DNA of 24,000 nucleotides from Pseudovibrio denitrificans JCM 12308 (GTDB lineage Bacteria; Pseudomonadota; Alphaproteobacteria; Rhizobiales; Stappiaceae): NCBI RefSeq assembly GCF_001310815.1, contig NZ_BAZK01000002.1, positions 86,443 to 110,442 of the forward strand, read 5' to 3'. Shown piece by piece: positions 6,726 to 14,946 of this stretch (position 1 is its first letter; each line of letters starts with the position of its first letter). The notes under the pieces were generated by a model. It saw only the letters and a program-made list of their open reading frames with translations, ran no database searches and was not told where the DNA came from. The position numbers and the translations under genes were made by a program.

Positions 6726-7066
6726 ATGCCAAAGACTATTGAGGAACAATGTGGCTCAACAAAACCCTCCGATGGCGGAGCCGTTGATGCTGATATCATT
6801 GCCCTTCTGGGAGTAGCGCCAGCGTTTGCGCTGGGGCTCACCTTTCTGACAGCGGCGCAATCAACGGGGGTGCTTTTTGAGAATTCTGTCGCGAATGCAC
6901 AGCGCCAGAACATCATTGCACAGACGGCGTTAAGCAGGGAATTTTGCATACTTATTCTGTTGGTTCCATGGCTGCTGCAAACAGCATTTCGCATATGGAT
7001 CCGCAAGAGATCGAGCAGGTGAATGAGAGTTTGCTTGAAACATTGCGTCGGTACTTTTCGCGTTAA
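6726..7066 (+). pseudogene. Divergent RebB-domain protein (about 113 aa if repaired), with the frame broken by one missing base near 6933
   Basis: Frame 1 gives ...LLGVAPAFALGLTFLTAAQSTGVLFENSVANAQRQNIIAQTALS. The -1 frame continues QGILHTYSVGSMAAANSISHMDPQEIEQVNESLLETLRRYFSR*. Together they are colinear with the paralogues (STGILFEN ... NQGVMQIYS ... LNTLLT.LR). The N-terminal TDAVTQTNV motif is absent. The RBS is GGAG. Confidence 0.7.
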
Positions 7067-7334
7067 AGCTATTGAGAGGTCACTCCCACATTTCGGGAAG
7101 GCTTTTCCAGTTTTCTAAATCATTGAGAGTTTGCCTCTGGTCAGTGCACTGCCTGTGCCTGATCAGGGGTGAAGCAGGGCTGCGTTTTACCGAACTGCTC
7201 TTGAGTTCGGTTGTTTAGAGCATGTCGCGTTCATTCGCATTCACGCATCATGCTCAAACATTGTTAGTTGAGCGAATTCTTGTCGTTTGATTGAACTCAA
7301 TCAAACGGAACGCGCTCTAGGTGGGAGTGACTTT

Positions 7335-7676
7335 ATGGCGGATCTACCGGGGATTGGTCCCGTAATACCAGAGGATGGCATGGTGACGGATGCTGTGACG
7401 CAAACCAATGTATCTGTGATTGGAGCTGCGCCGGCTATTGCAATGGGGAACCTTTACACATCTCTCGCTCATTCGACGGGCATACTCTTTCAAAACTCTG
7501 TTGCGACGGCTTCTCAATTTTCAACTCTTGCGCAGGCGACGACCAATCAGGGCGTCATGCAAATCTACTCAGTCAATACAATGGCCGGGGCATCGGCCAC
7601 GGAAAAGGTTGCTCAGATCGGGACATCTGATCAGCTGAACACGCTGCTGACTACCTTGCGTAGTCTCAATCAATAA
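7335..7676 (+). CDS. RebB-domain (R-body) protein, 113 aa, first of three tandem paralogues
   Basis: The sequence is [59 protein letters not shown]...[51 protein letters not shown] lies upstream of ATG 7335. By hand count it is about two-thirds identical to the next paralogue. Confidence 0.85.
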   Translation: MADLPGIGPVIPEDGMVTDAVTQTNVSVIGAAPAIAMGNLYTSLAHSTGILFQNSVATASQFSTLAQATTNQGVMQIYSVNTMAGASATEKVAQIGTSDQLNTLLTTLRSLNQ

Positions 7677-7834
7677 CCGGAACTTTCGAGCTTCGCTTTC
7701 TGGTGCAAGGCCAGAGCGATGAGAATGGTTCTGATGCATCCTTTCAGTTGTAGTAGTGCGTACTCCTTTGGAGCCAGTTCAAGGAAAAGCAGAACCGGAT
7801 TTTGACCAGAACTGTATGAAAGAGGACTATTAGA

Positions 7835-8155
7835 ATGCCAACTACTGTTAGCCCAATGATCACTGATGCCGTTACCCAGTCCAACGTAAAGGTGGTTGGT
7901 GAAGCCCCTGCAATGGCAATGGGCAGCGTCTATCAGACAATGGCTCATTCCACCGGAATTCTCTTTGAGAACTATGTTTCTGCAGCACAGCAGCAGAACA
8001 TTCTTTCTCAGGCTGCAGCTAACCAGGGAGTTATGCAGATCTACTCCATGGATACGATGGCTGGTGCTGGTGCTACCGAAAAAGTTGCTCAGAGCGGCAC
8101 ACCAGATCAGCTGAACACGCTGCTGACAATTCTGCGCGTATTCAACCCGACCTAA
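7835..8155 (+). CDS. RebB-domain (R-body) protein, 106 aa
   Basis: The sequence is [106 protein letters not shown]. The RBS AAGAGGA lies 8 nt upstream. Codon usage resembles the well-expressed housekeeping genes. Confidence 0.88.
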   Translation: MPTTVSPMITDAVTQSNVKVVGEAPAMAMGSVYQTMAHSTGILFENYVSAAQQQNILSQAAANQGVMQIYSMDTMAGAGATEKVAQSGTPDQLNTLLTILRVFNPT

Positions 8156-8300
8156 TAGGTTCTGGCGTCGCCGTCCGGCGGCGTTTTCTCAAACTGCTGT
8201 TTAATGGTGTCCGGTTGGTTTTCAGTTGGGCATGCCCTTGGTGGTTCTCTGCAAGGCCACCGGACACGACCTCTCTCTTTTGTATTGAAGGATGATGACT

Positions 8301-8621
8301 ATGCCAGATACGGTTAGTCCAATGATCACAGACGCTGTGACCCAGGCGAATGTGAAGGTGGTTGCAGAAGCACCTGCCATGGCAATGGGGTCGCTGTTTC
8401 AGACTATGGCGCATTCCACCGGAATTCTCTTTGAGAATAACGTAGCTGCCTCTCAGCAGCAGAATACGCTGGCACAGGCTGCAACCAACCAGGGTGTCAT
8501 GCAGATCTACTCCATGGACACCATGGCTGCAGCTGGGGCAACGGAAAAGGTTGCTCAGTCTGGTACGCCAGATCAGTTGCAAACTCTGCTCACGATCCTG
8601 GAAGCTTTCCGTCCGCGGTAA
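8301..8621 (+). CDS. RebB-domain (R-body) protein, 106 aa
   Basis: The sequence is [106 protein letters not shown]. It matches the previous paralogue at 89 of 106 positions by hand count. I preferred ATG 8301 over 8292 because GAAGGA lies 8 nt upstream and the N-termini then line up. Confidence 0.88.
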   Translation: MPDTVSPMITDAVTQANVKVVAEAPAMAMGSLFQTMAHSTGILFENNVAASQQQNTLAQAATNQGVMQIYSMDTMAAAGATEKVAQSGTPDQLQTLLTILEAFRPR

Positions 8622-8678
8622 TCTCCGCATTTCGGAAATTCTGGAGTTCGACGACACAATGGGCGGTTTGCCCCGGAA

Positions 8679-8706
8679 CCTTCCCTGCCTCGGTAGGGGA
8701 GGTTTT
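8679..8706 (+). terminator. Rho-independent terminator closing the reb cluster
   Basis: CCTTCCCT-gcctcggt-AGGGGAGG forms 8 bp (one G-U), followed by TTTTGTCGTTTT. It lies 58 nt after the last reb stop codon. Confidence 0.6.
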
Positions 8707-8790
8707 GTCGTTTTGGGAGAGTCTCTCTTGCTGACAGACAGGGGGGAAATGAGTATAGGTATTCTCACGAATAATGCCAAAAGGCTGAGA

Positions 8791-9609
8791 ATGACACCTA
8801 CACTGACCCCCATTTTGGTCTGTGCGCTCTATAAGTTTGTTGAGTTTGCAGACTATGAAGACATGCGCGAACCGCTGCTTGCATTCTGTAAGGAGCGAGG
8901 CATTCGCGGCAGTCTTCTTATTGCCCGTGAGGGCATTAACGGCACCATCGCTGGTGAAGAGCAGCAGATGCGTGAAGTGATTGCGTACTTGCGCAATGAT
9001 CCACGTTTTGACGATATCATCGTCAAGGAAAGCTGGGCGAAGAAGCTTCCGTTCAAGCGCATGAAGGTGCGGTTGAAGAAAGCCATCGTGAACATGGGCC
9101 TCAATCACATTGATCCGAATGATCTTGTTGGCACCTATGTGAAGCCTGAGGACTGGAATGCGCTGATCTCCGACCCTGAGACGGTCGTGATTGATACGCG
9201 CAATGACTATGAGTTTGCGCTGGGCACGTTTGAGGGGGCTCTTGATCCTGAAACGGAAACGTTCAACGAGTTTCCTGAGTGGGTCAAACGCAATGACAAC
9301 TCTCTGCGCGCCAAGAAGAAAGTTGCCATGTTCTGTACCGGCGGCATTCGCTGTGAGCGGGCGACAGGCTTGATGCTGGAGCAGGGCTTTGATGAGGTTT
9401 ATCACCTTGAAGGTGGCATTCTGAACTATCTGGAGAAAGTGCCTGAAGAGGACAGTCTCTGGAAAGGTGAGTGCTTTGTGTTTGATGACCGTGTGTCTGT
9501 CGATCACAAACTGGATGCAGGCTGGGGGAAGAACCTGCCTGAAAAGACCAAGAAGGTTCTTGCGCCTTATCAGATTGACGATAAGTCGTCTGAGCCAAGC
9601 GAAGGCTGA
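8791..9609 (+). CDS. trhO: Rhodanese-domain tRNA uridine(34) hydroxylase (UPF0176 / YceA family), 272 aa
   Basis: The sequence is [44 protein letters not shown]...[18 protein letters not shown]...[38 protein letters not shown], with the CTGGIRCE active-site loop typical of the family. I chose the start at ATG 8791, with ATG 8749 as an alternative. The tracked ORF start at 8494 is read-through of an alternative frame of the last reb gene. Confidence 0.88.
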   Translation: MTPTLTPILVCALYKFVEFADYEDMREPLLAFCKERGIRGSLLIAREGINGTIAGEEQQMREVIAYLRNDPRFDDIIVKESWAKKLPFKRMKVRLKKAIVNMGLNHIDPNDLVGTYVKPEDWNALISDPETVVIDTRNDYEFALGTFEGALDPETETFNEFPEWVKRNDNSLRAKKKVAMFCTGGIRCERATGLMLEQGFDEVYHLEGGILNYLEKVPEEDSLWKGECFVFDDRVSVDHKLDAGWGKNLPEKTKKVLAPYQIDDKSSEPSEG

Positions 9610-9624
9610 AGCTGAGAGTTTTGA

Positions 9625-9648
9625 GGGGCAGTTTGACTGCCCCTTTTT
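9625..9648 (+). terminator. Rho-independent terminator after trhO
   Basis: GGGGCAG-tttga-CTGCCCC is followed by TTTTT, 16 nt after the stop codon. Confidence 0.75.
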
Positions 9649-10208
9649 CGTTCCGGCTGCAGAAAAACTTATCCCCGCTGCCAGCGCATGACCCATACTT
9701 AACTCATGTTCACGTAAACGGGCAGCTGGGGGACCGACCGTCAGTGCGGCGTGGGCTGGGCGGGGCTATCGGATGAAGTAACGCATCATCTGGCGGGTCC
9801 GTTGAAACACCCCTTGAAAGTCTTTAGTGCAGGGACCAAGCGGAAGCTGGTCACCCGATGGGCGTCTACACTGGCAGCTGCAGCTGTCACGGGCAGATCA
9901 AACTGTTCCGGATAGCAACTGCCCAGACGGGGAGGTTCCAAGCAAAGCCTTGTGCTTTGTGAGGACTGATCCTGATGGGTAGGCACCTGCTCCCAATGCC
10001 TTTCGGTGGAGACCTTGTTTCATACAAAAACGCCCGGGCGAGGCGAGCAGCCAATGCCGAAGAAACTAACTTATTTACAATGCGCAGGCACTGCCTGCTC
10101 GCCTTGCTCACCCCGTACCTGGGGCCAAACGAAAACACCGCCGGCCATGAACCAGCGGTGCTAAAAGTGTTTGTCTCTGTGTGCCAGTTTGCCTTTCGGC
10201 AGGATGCT

Positions 10209-11083
10209 TTATCCAAAGCGGTAGGTTGGCAGGCCTTTGTGTTCCACATCCATTGCGAAGATGCCGCCGGACTTAGGGAACTCTTTGAGGAGTTCGTCAT
10301 CACCATGCGGGCGCAGGCTGGCGACAACAAGCGTATTGAGGTTTGGACCTGCAAAGCACGGGATTGTCGGGCGCGGCACTGGCATTGCGATGGACTGCAG
10401 CAGCTGGCCATCTGGTGCAAAGCAGTTGACGTTGCCAGCAGAAACGCCTGCGGACCAGTAGTTGCCATCTGTGTCAGTGGTTGCACCATCCGGTCTGCCA
10501 ACGGTGTTATCCAGCTGTGCGAACTTGCGCTGGTTGGTGACTGCACCGAAATCGCGGTCAAAGTCATAAGCGAAGACTTCACCTGAGCCGGTGTCGGAGT
10601 GGTACATGGTTTTGGTATCCGGGGACCATGCCAGACCGTTGGATGTGCGGATTTCTGTGGCGATCTGGGTGACATTGCCGTCTGGTGCCACGCGGTAAAG
10701 GCTGGCGATTGGGGTTCTTGGGCTGATATCATCATGGTGCCCACCCAGAACGCGCTGTCTGGTCCAACCTTACCGTCATTGAGACGGGTGCGTGGATTGT
10801 CCGGCTCAATCTTTGCGATGACCTCGTAGATTTTGGTCACGGTGTTGAACAGGATGATCTCGTCCTTCATTGCCACAATGAGGCGGCCATCCTTGCAGAG
10901 GCCGAAGGAGCCGACGACTTTCGGGAAGTCCCATGTGGTGACTTCTTTGGTATCCCAATGCATTGCGTGGATCTGTTTTCCAAGGATGTCGCAGAAGAAC
11001 AGGTGTTTTGTCAGTTCATCCCAGAGGAGACCTTCGGCCAGCTCGTAGCGACCGTCCAGCAAGCAAGTGATAATTGGGGTCAA
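10209..11083 (-). pseudogene. SMP-30 / gluconolactonase / LRE-like family protein (about 291 aa if repaired), with one missing base near 10730
   Basis: The N-terminal frame is LLDGRYELAEGLLWDELTKHLFFCDILGKQIHAMHWDTKEVTTWDFPKVVGSFGLCKDGRLIVAMKDEIILFN...RLNDGKVGPDSAFWVGTM. The shifted frame continues (HDDISPRTPIASLYRV)APDGNVTQIATEIRTSNGLAWSPDTKTMYHSDTGSGEVFAYDFD...GRPDGATTDTDGNYWSAGVSAGNVNCFAPDGQLLQSIAMPVPRPTIPCFAGPNLNTLVVAS. The start is apparently TTG, with GGAG 7 nt upstream. Confidence 0.85.
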
Positions 11084-11209
11084 AGTCGTGCTCCATACTC
11101 ATGCAGCCCGGGAGAGCCGCAGGCAATATACAATTGAGCGTTGTTATAGTGTGGTTTGGCAGAAGCGTCGAGTATGCCTGTGAGAAAAACGCAAGGTTTA
11201 TGAAGCGGT

Positions 11210-11677
11210 CTAGCCTTCAGAGATCGGCAGAGCGCTGCCTTGTTTGGTGGAGCGAATTGCAAAAGAGGAGCGCATACGAACAACGCCGGGCAGGCGGGTG
11301 AGGTGGTCGCGGTGAATGCGCTCAAAATCGACCGGATCATCTGCCATGACACGCAGGATGTAATCCGCATCGCCGCCCATCAGATGGCACTCCATGATCT
11401 CGGCGGAGCGGTCCACGGCCTTCTCAAATGTGGAGAGGGCTTCTTCTGATTGGGAGCCAAGGGAGATCTCGACAAAGACACTCATACGCTTGCCGAGCTT
11501 CTTGGGATTGAGCAGAGCGACGTACTTTTCGATAACGCCTTCTGACTCCAGTGTGCGGACACGGCGCAGGCAGGCAGAGGCGGAAAGGCCCACATGATCT
11601 GCCAGGTCAGAATTGGAAATACGGCCATTGTCCTGCAGAGCGCGAAGGATCTTTTTATCAAGCTTGTCGAGTTTCAT
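11210..11677 (-). CDS. Lrp/AsnC family transcriptional regulator, 155 aa
   Basis: The sequence is MKLDKLDKKILRALQDNGRISNSDLADHVGLSASACLRRVRTLESEGVIEKYVALLNPKKLG...ECHLMGGDADYILRV, which is an HTH plus a RAM/AsnC_trans_reg domain. It is divergent from alanine dehydrogenase, a common regulator-target arrangement. Confidence 0.9.
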   Translation of the reverse strand: MKLDKLDKKILRALQDNGRISNSDLADHVGLSASACLRRVRTLESEGVIEKYVALLNPKKLGKRMSVFVEISLGSQSEEALSTFEKAVDRSAEIMECHLMGGDADYILRVMADDPVDFERIHRDHLTRLPGVVRMRSSFAIRSTKQGSALPISEG

Positions 11678-11833
11678 AGCTTTGCCGTTTTCGCAGATTA
11701 TTGTGTCTAGATGATGTTTATTCGTAGAAGTTTGCTAAAATGTACCGTTTAGAGCGCACATTGCAAGCATCTGCCGCAGAGATTTCCATAAGCTATGTAG
11801 AAACACAGGTCCGAAGCTGATTGGGAGAAAAAC

Positions 11834-12966
11834 ATGCTTGTAGGTGTTCCTAAGGAGATTAAGAACCACGAATACCGCGTTGGTCTGACACCAGACAGCG
11901 TGCGTGAAGTTGTTGCTCATGGCCACGAAGTGGTTGTTGAAACCAATGCCGGCGTTGGCATTGGCGCGAGCGATGCTGACTATGAAGCAGCAGGTGCATC
12001 CATCCTGCCAACCGCTGCTGAAGTCTTCGCAAAAGCAGAAATGATTGTGAAGGTGAAAGAGCCTCAGGCTGTTGAGCGCAAGATGCTCCGTCCTGACCAC
12101 CTGCTGTTCACCTACCTGCACCTGGCTCCGGACCCAGAACAGACTGCTGACCTTGTTGCCTCCGGCGCGGTCTGCATCGCTTATGAAACAGTGACTGACC
12201 AAAAAGGTCGCCTTCCCCTTCTGGCGCCTATGTCTCAGGTTGCTGGTCGTCTTTCCATTCAGGCTGGTGCAACGGCTCTGCAGAAAGCAAATGGCGGTGC
12301 TGGCGTTCTTCTCGGCGGCGTACCAGGTGTAGCGCCTGCGAAAACCGTTGTGATCGGCGGCGGCGTTGTTGGTGCCCACGCGATTGAAATGGCAATCGGC
12401 CTTGGTTCCGACGTGACCGTTCTGGACAGAAACGTTGATGTGCTCGACGCTCTTTCCGCTCGCTTCGGTTCCCGTCTGAAGACAGTGTTCTCCAACCGTG
12501 CAGCGCTTGAGAAAGAAGTTCTGGCAGCTGATCTGGTTGTTGGTGCTGTGCTGGTTGCTGGTGCAGCTGCACCGAAGCTGGTGACCAAAGAACACATCAA
12601 GGCGATGAAGCCGGGTTCTGTTGTGGTTGACGTTGCAATCGATCAGGGCGGTTGTTTTGAAACTTCCCGCGCAACAACTCACCAGGATCCAACTTACATC
12701 GTTGATGAAGTGGTTCACTACTGCGTGGCTAACATGCCAGGCGCTGTTGCTCGCACTTCAACCTACGCACTGAACAACGCAACACTGCCTTACGTTCTGG
12801 CACTGGCTGACAAAGGTTATGCCGCTGCACTGCGTGACATTCCAGCTTCATGCCAGGTCTGAACGTGTACAAAGGTCAGGTGACTGTTGCTGAAGTAGCT
12901 GAAAACCTGGGTTACACCTACGTGTCTCCAGAAGCAGCACTGGCTCAGGAAACTGAAGCTGCCTGA
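11834..12966 (+). pseudogene. ald: Alanine dehydrogenase (about 377 aa if repaired), with one missing base near 12847
   Basis: The sequence is MLVGVPKEIKNHEYRVGLTPDSVREVVAHGHEVVVETNAGVGIG...KVKEPQ...[27 protein letters not shown]...[24 protein letters not shown]...HYCVANMPGAV. The tracked ORF stops at 12862. The -1 frame continues GLNVYKGQVTVAEVAENLGYTYVSPEAALAQETEAA* to 12966, which matches the usual Ald C-terminus. Confidence 0.92.
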
Positions 12967-12997
12967 AAGTCCAACTGGACGTGATGAGTTTTGAGAG

Positions 12998-13022
12998 CGG
13001 GGGCCTTCGGGCTCCCGTTTTT
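12998..13022 (+). terminator. Rho-independent terminator after ald
   Basis: CGGGGGCC-TTCG-GGCTCCCG is followed by TTTTT. Confidence 0.7.
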
Positions 13023-13139
13023 CGTCGGTAAAGGATCTGTTTACCCTGTCCCGTGTTTGCCGCCGTGTTAATGAGTTTGCAGGGCTGACTTCGATATACT
13101 TGTCAAAATTTACTAGTATTTTTCGGGTTAGGCGGCATC

Positions 13140-14086
13140 ATGTATCATGATTTGGCATTGGTTCTTCAGCATGATTTGATTGTTGAATGGAAAGAGCACT
13201 ACAAAGAGGTGTTCGGCAAGCATACGCTGCTGCTGAAAAACCGATTGCACGAACTGCCGGTCTTTTTGCCGGAAAATCTGGCGCGTCTGATTGAGGTACT
13301 CCCTCTGAGCATTATGACTTCGTACGTCCCGGTGCGATTGGCACTAAGAAGTCGCAATGGCTTCAGGGCAGCATTGAAGGTGCCAAAGGCGAGGATGTAC
13401 TTCGTGCTGTAGAAGAGGGACGCTTCTGGCTTTCCCTGCGTGCATTGCAGGAATGGGATGAAGGTTTCCGGCAGATTACCTCGAAAATCTTTGATGAGCT
13501 TGAGGTGAAGGTACCGGGCTTTGAGACCTTCAAGCACAAAACAGGGATGCTAATCTCTTCCCCCGGTGCTCAGGTGTACTATCATGCTGATGTACCCGGT
13601 CAGTCTCTTTGGCAAGTGAAGGGCCATAAGGACGTTTACATCTACGAGAACAGTGATCCATTTCTTTCTGGTGAGCAGCTGGAAGGGATCTTTCTTGGTA
13701 CGACTGAGGAGGAGATCCGGTTTGAGCCCTGGTATGATGAGTTTGCCACAAAGGTGACGCTGAGCCCGGGTGAGATGGCGCATTGGCCGCTCAACAATCC
13801 GCATCGGGTGGAGAACCATGATGAGGTGAACATCTCGGTGACGACTGAGCACTTCACCAAGGAGATCCGAGACTTTTACGCGATCGTCTACGCCAATGGT
13901 TTGCTGAGAGCTGCTGGGATTTCCGGTAGTCGGCACAGCCTCGGGGCTATGAAGTACGCCAAGATGGCTTTGGCGGCTGCGCACAAGATGATCTACAAGA
14001 AGATGGTGCGTTCAGGAGCGACTGCAAAGAGCCCGCGCAGCTTCAAACTGGATATGGCCGCGCCGGACTTTATGTCTGATCTTTAA
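13140..14086 (+). pseudogene. Cupin-like (JmjC/cupin-fold) hypothetical protein (about 315 aa if repaired), with one missing base near 13300
   Basis: ORFs 13140..13412 and 13445..14086 join colinearly after a one-base shift: ...ENLARLIE / (P)SEHYDFVRPGAIGTKKSQWLQGSIEGAKGEDVLRAVEEGRFWLSLRALQEWDEGF.... The downstream part, AQVYYHADVPGQSLWQVKGHKDVYIY...MAHWPLNNPHRVENHDEVNISV, looks like a double-stranded beta-helix with His ligands. The family assignment comes from motif memory only. Confidence 0.6.
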
Positions 14087-14098
14087 AGCGGAGTGCTG

Positions 14099-14374
14099 TC
14101 AGCAGCGATAGTAATAGGGACGACCATACGCATCGTACCCAACACAGCGGCGCGGCGTGGTTGCTACGCCGATCAAACCGCCTGCCAGCGCTCCGATGCC
14201 TGCGCCTGCAAATGCGGCCCCAACATCACCCGTTGCGGCACCGATGGCAGCACCAGTTGCAGCGCCCAGGCCACCGCCGACGAGGGCGCGGTCTGTTCTG
14301 TTGTACTCACTGCAAGCACCGAGTGTGAGCAGGGTGGCTGTTATTATTATTGTTTTTCTCACGGTCCTATCCAT
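14099..14374 (-). CDS. Glycine-zipper lipoprotein, 91 aa
   Basis: The signal peptide has a lipobox (TLLTLGAC). The glycine-zipper core is GGGLGAATGAAIGAATGDVGAAFAGAGIGALAGGLIG. The C-terminal tail is CVGYDAYGRPYYYRC. It is a paralogue of 14556..14831. The exact start is uncertain. Confidence 0.75.
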   Translation of the reverse strand: MDRTVRKTIIITATLLTLGACSEYNRTDRALVGGGLGAATGAAIGAATGDVGAAFAGAGIGALAGGLIGVATTPRRCVGYDAYGRPYYYRC

Positions 14375-14496
14375 GGTCTGATTGTTTGAAACCCACGGTA
14401 GTGCCGGACCTGTTGCGGATGAATGAATGCAGCTGATGAGATGGGAGCGTGGTTAAGCGGAAGCTTTCTGTCTGTTGCAACTTGTAGGTATGCAAC

Positions 14497-14522
14497 AAAA
14501 AGGCCCTGCGGGTGCAGGGCCT
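14497..14522 (-). terminator. Rho-independent terminator after the second lipoprotein gene
   Basis: The minus strand reads AGGCCCTGC-ACCC-GCAGGGCCT followed by TTTT, about 35 nt after the stop at 14556. Confidence 0.7.
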
Positions 14523-14555
14523 TTGGAATGGTAGAACCAAATCTTTTTGCGAGGC

Positions 14556-14831
14556 TTATGGGCACTTCACGCGGTAAGGACGGCCATACTGATCGTAAGC
14601 TGTACAGTTCTTCGGTGTGGTGACGTTACCGATGATACCGCCAGCAACGCCGCCGATTGCAGCGCCTGCGAGAGCATCTCCTACGCCACCGCCTGTGGCA
14701 GCACCGATAGCTGCGCCTGTTGCGGCACCAAGGCCACCGCCTACGAGCGTACGGTCTGTGCTTGAAGTTGAGTTACAGCCAGCCAGAGCCAGTAGACCTA
14801 CACTTACGCCCACGAGAGCAAGTTTCTTCAT
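14556..14831 (-). CDS. Glycine-zipper lipoprotein, 91 aa
   Basis: The real start is MKKLALVGVSVGLLALAGC (lipobox LAGC), with AAAGGAGA upstream. The core is GGGLGAATGAAIGAATGGGVGDALAGAAIGGVAGGIIG. The tail is CTAYDQYGRPYRVKC. The tracked ORF extends further upstream to 14927 with no support. Confidence 0.82.
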   Translation of the reverse strand: MKKLALVGVSVGLLALAGCNSTSSTDRTLVGGGLGAATGAAIGAATGGGVGDALAGAAIGGVAGGIIGNVTTPKNCTAYDQYGRPYRVKCP

Positions 14832-14946
14832 TTTCCAGTCTCCTTTTGCTGCCAATCCCAATTTGACCGGACCCCGATACCTCCTGGCAGCTCGTGTTTT
14901 GTGAGAACGAGCTAACAAAAAGAACATGGTTAAAGTTTGTTAAAAA

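Noticed and set aside
7420-8114. Two same-strand 72-aa ORFs (7420..7638 and 7896..8114) overlapping rebB paralogues in an alternative frame. A third lies in the 8494.. ORF head.
   Set aside because: The alternative frame stays open in all three paralogues. That is expected from the Ala/Gln/Gly-rich codon composition. The products are Arg/Leu-rich low-complexity sequence without RBSs. The conservation is explained by the main frame.
8494-8790. N-terminal 99 codons of the tracked 371-aa ORF that ends as trhO
   Set aside because: This part overlaps the last rebB gene in another frame and crosses the cluster terminator at 8679..8706. TrhO homology only begins at about [16 protein letters not shown].
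8590-9696. 368-aa minus-strand ORF antisense to trhO. Similar antisense ORFs lie at 11735..12718 (ald), 15885..16427 (pgi), 17866..18363 (edd), 22743..23318 (ade) and 23344..23955 (acyl-CoA ligase).
   Set aside because: Each lies opposite a gene with unmistakable family sequence, and each has low-complexity or stop-poor shadow character.
9887-10208. C-terminal tail of the tracked 398-aa ORF 9887..11083(-)
   Set aside because: It is an artefact of the frame break near 10730. The true SMP-30 reading frame switches to ORF 10209..10691 and stops at 10209.
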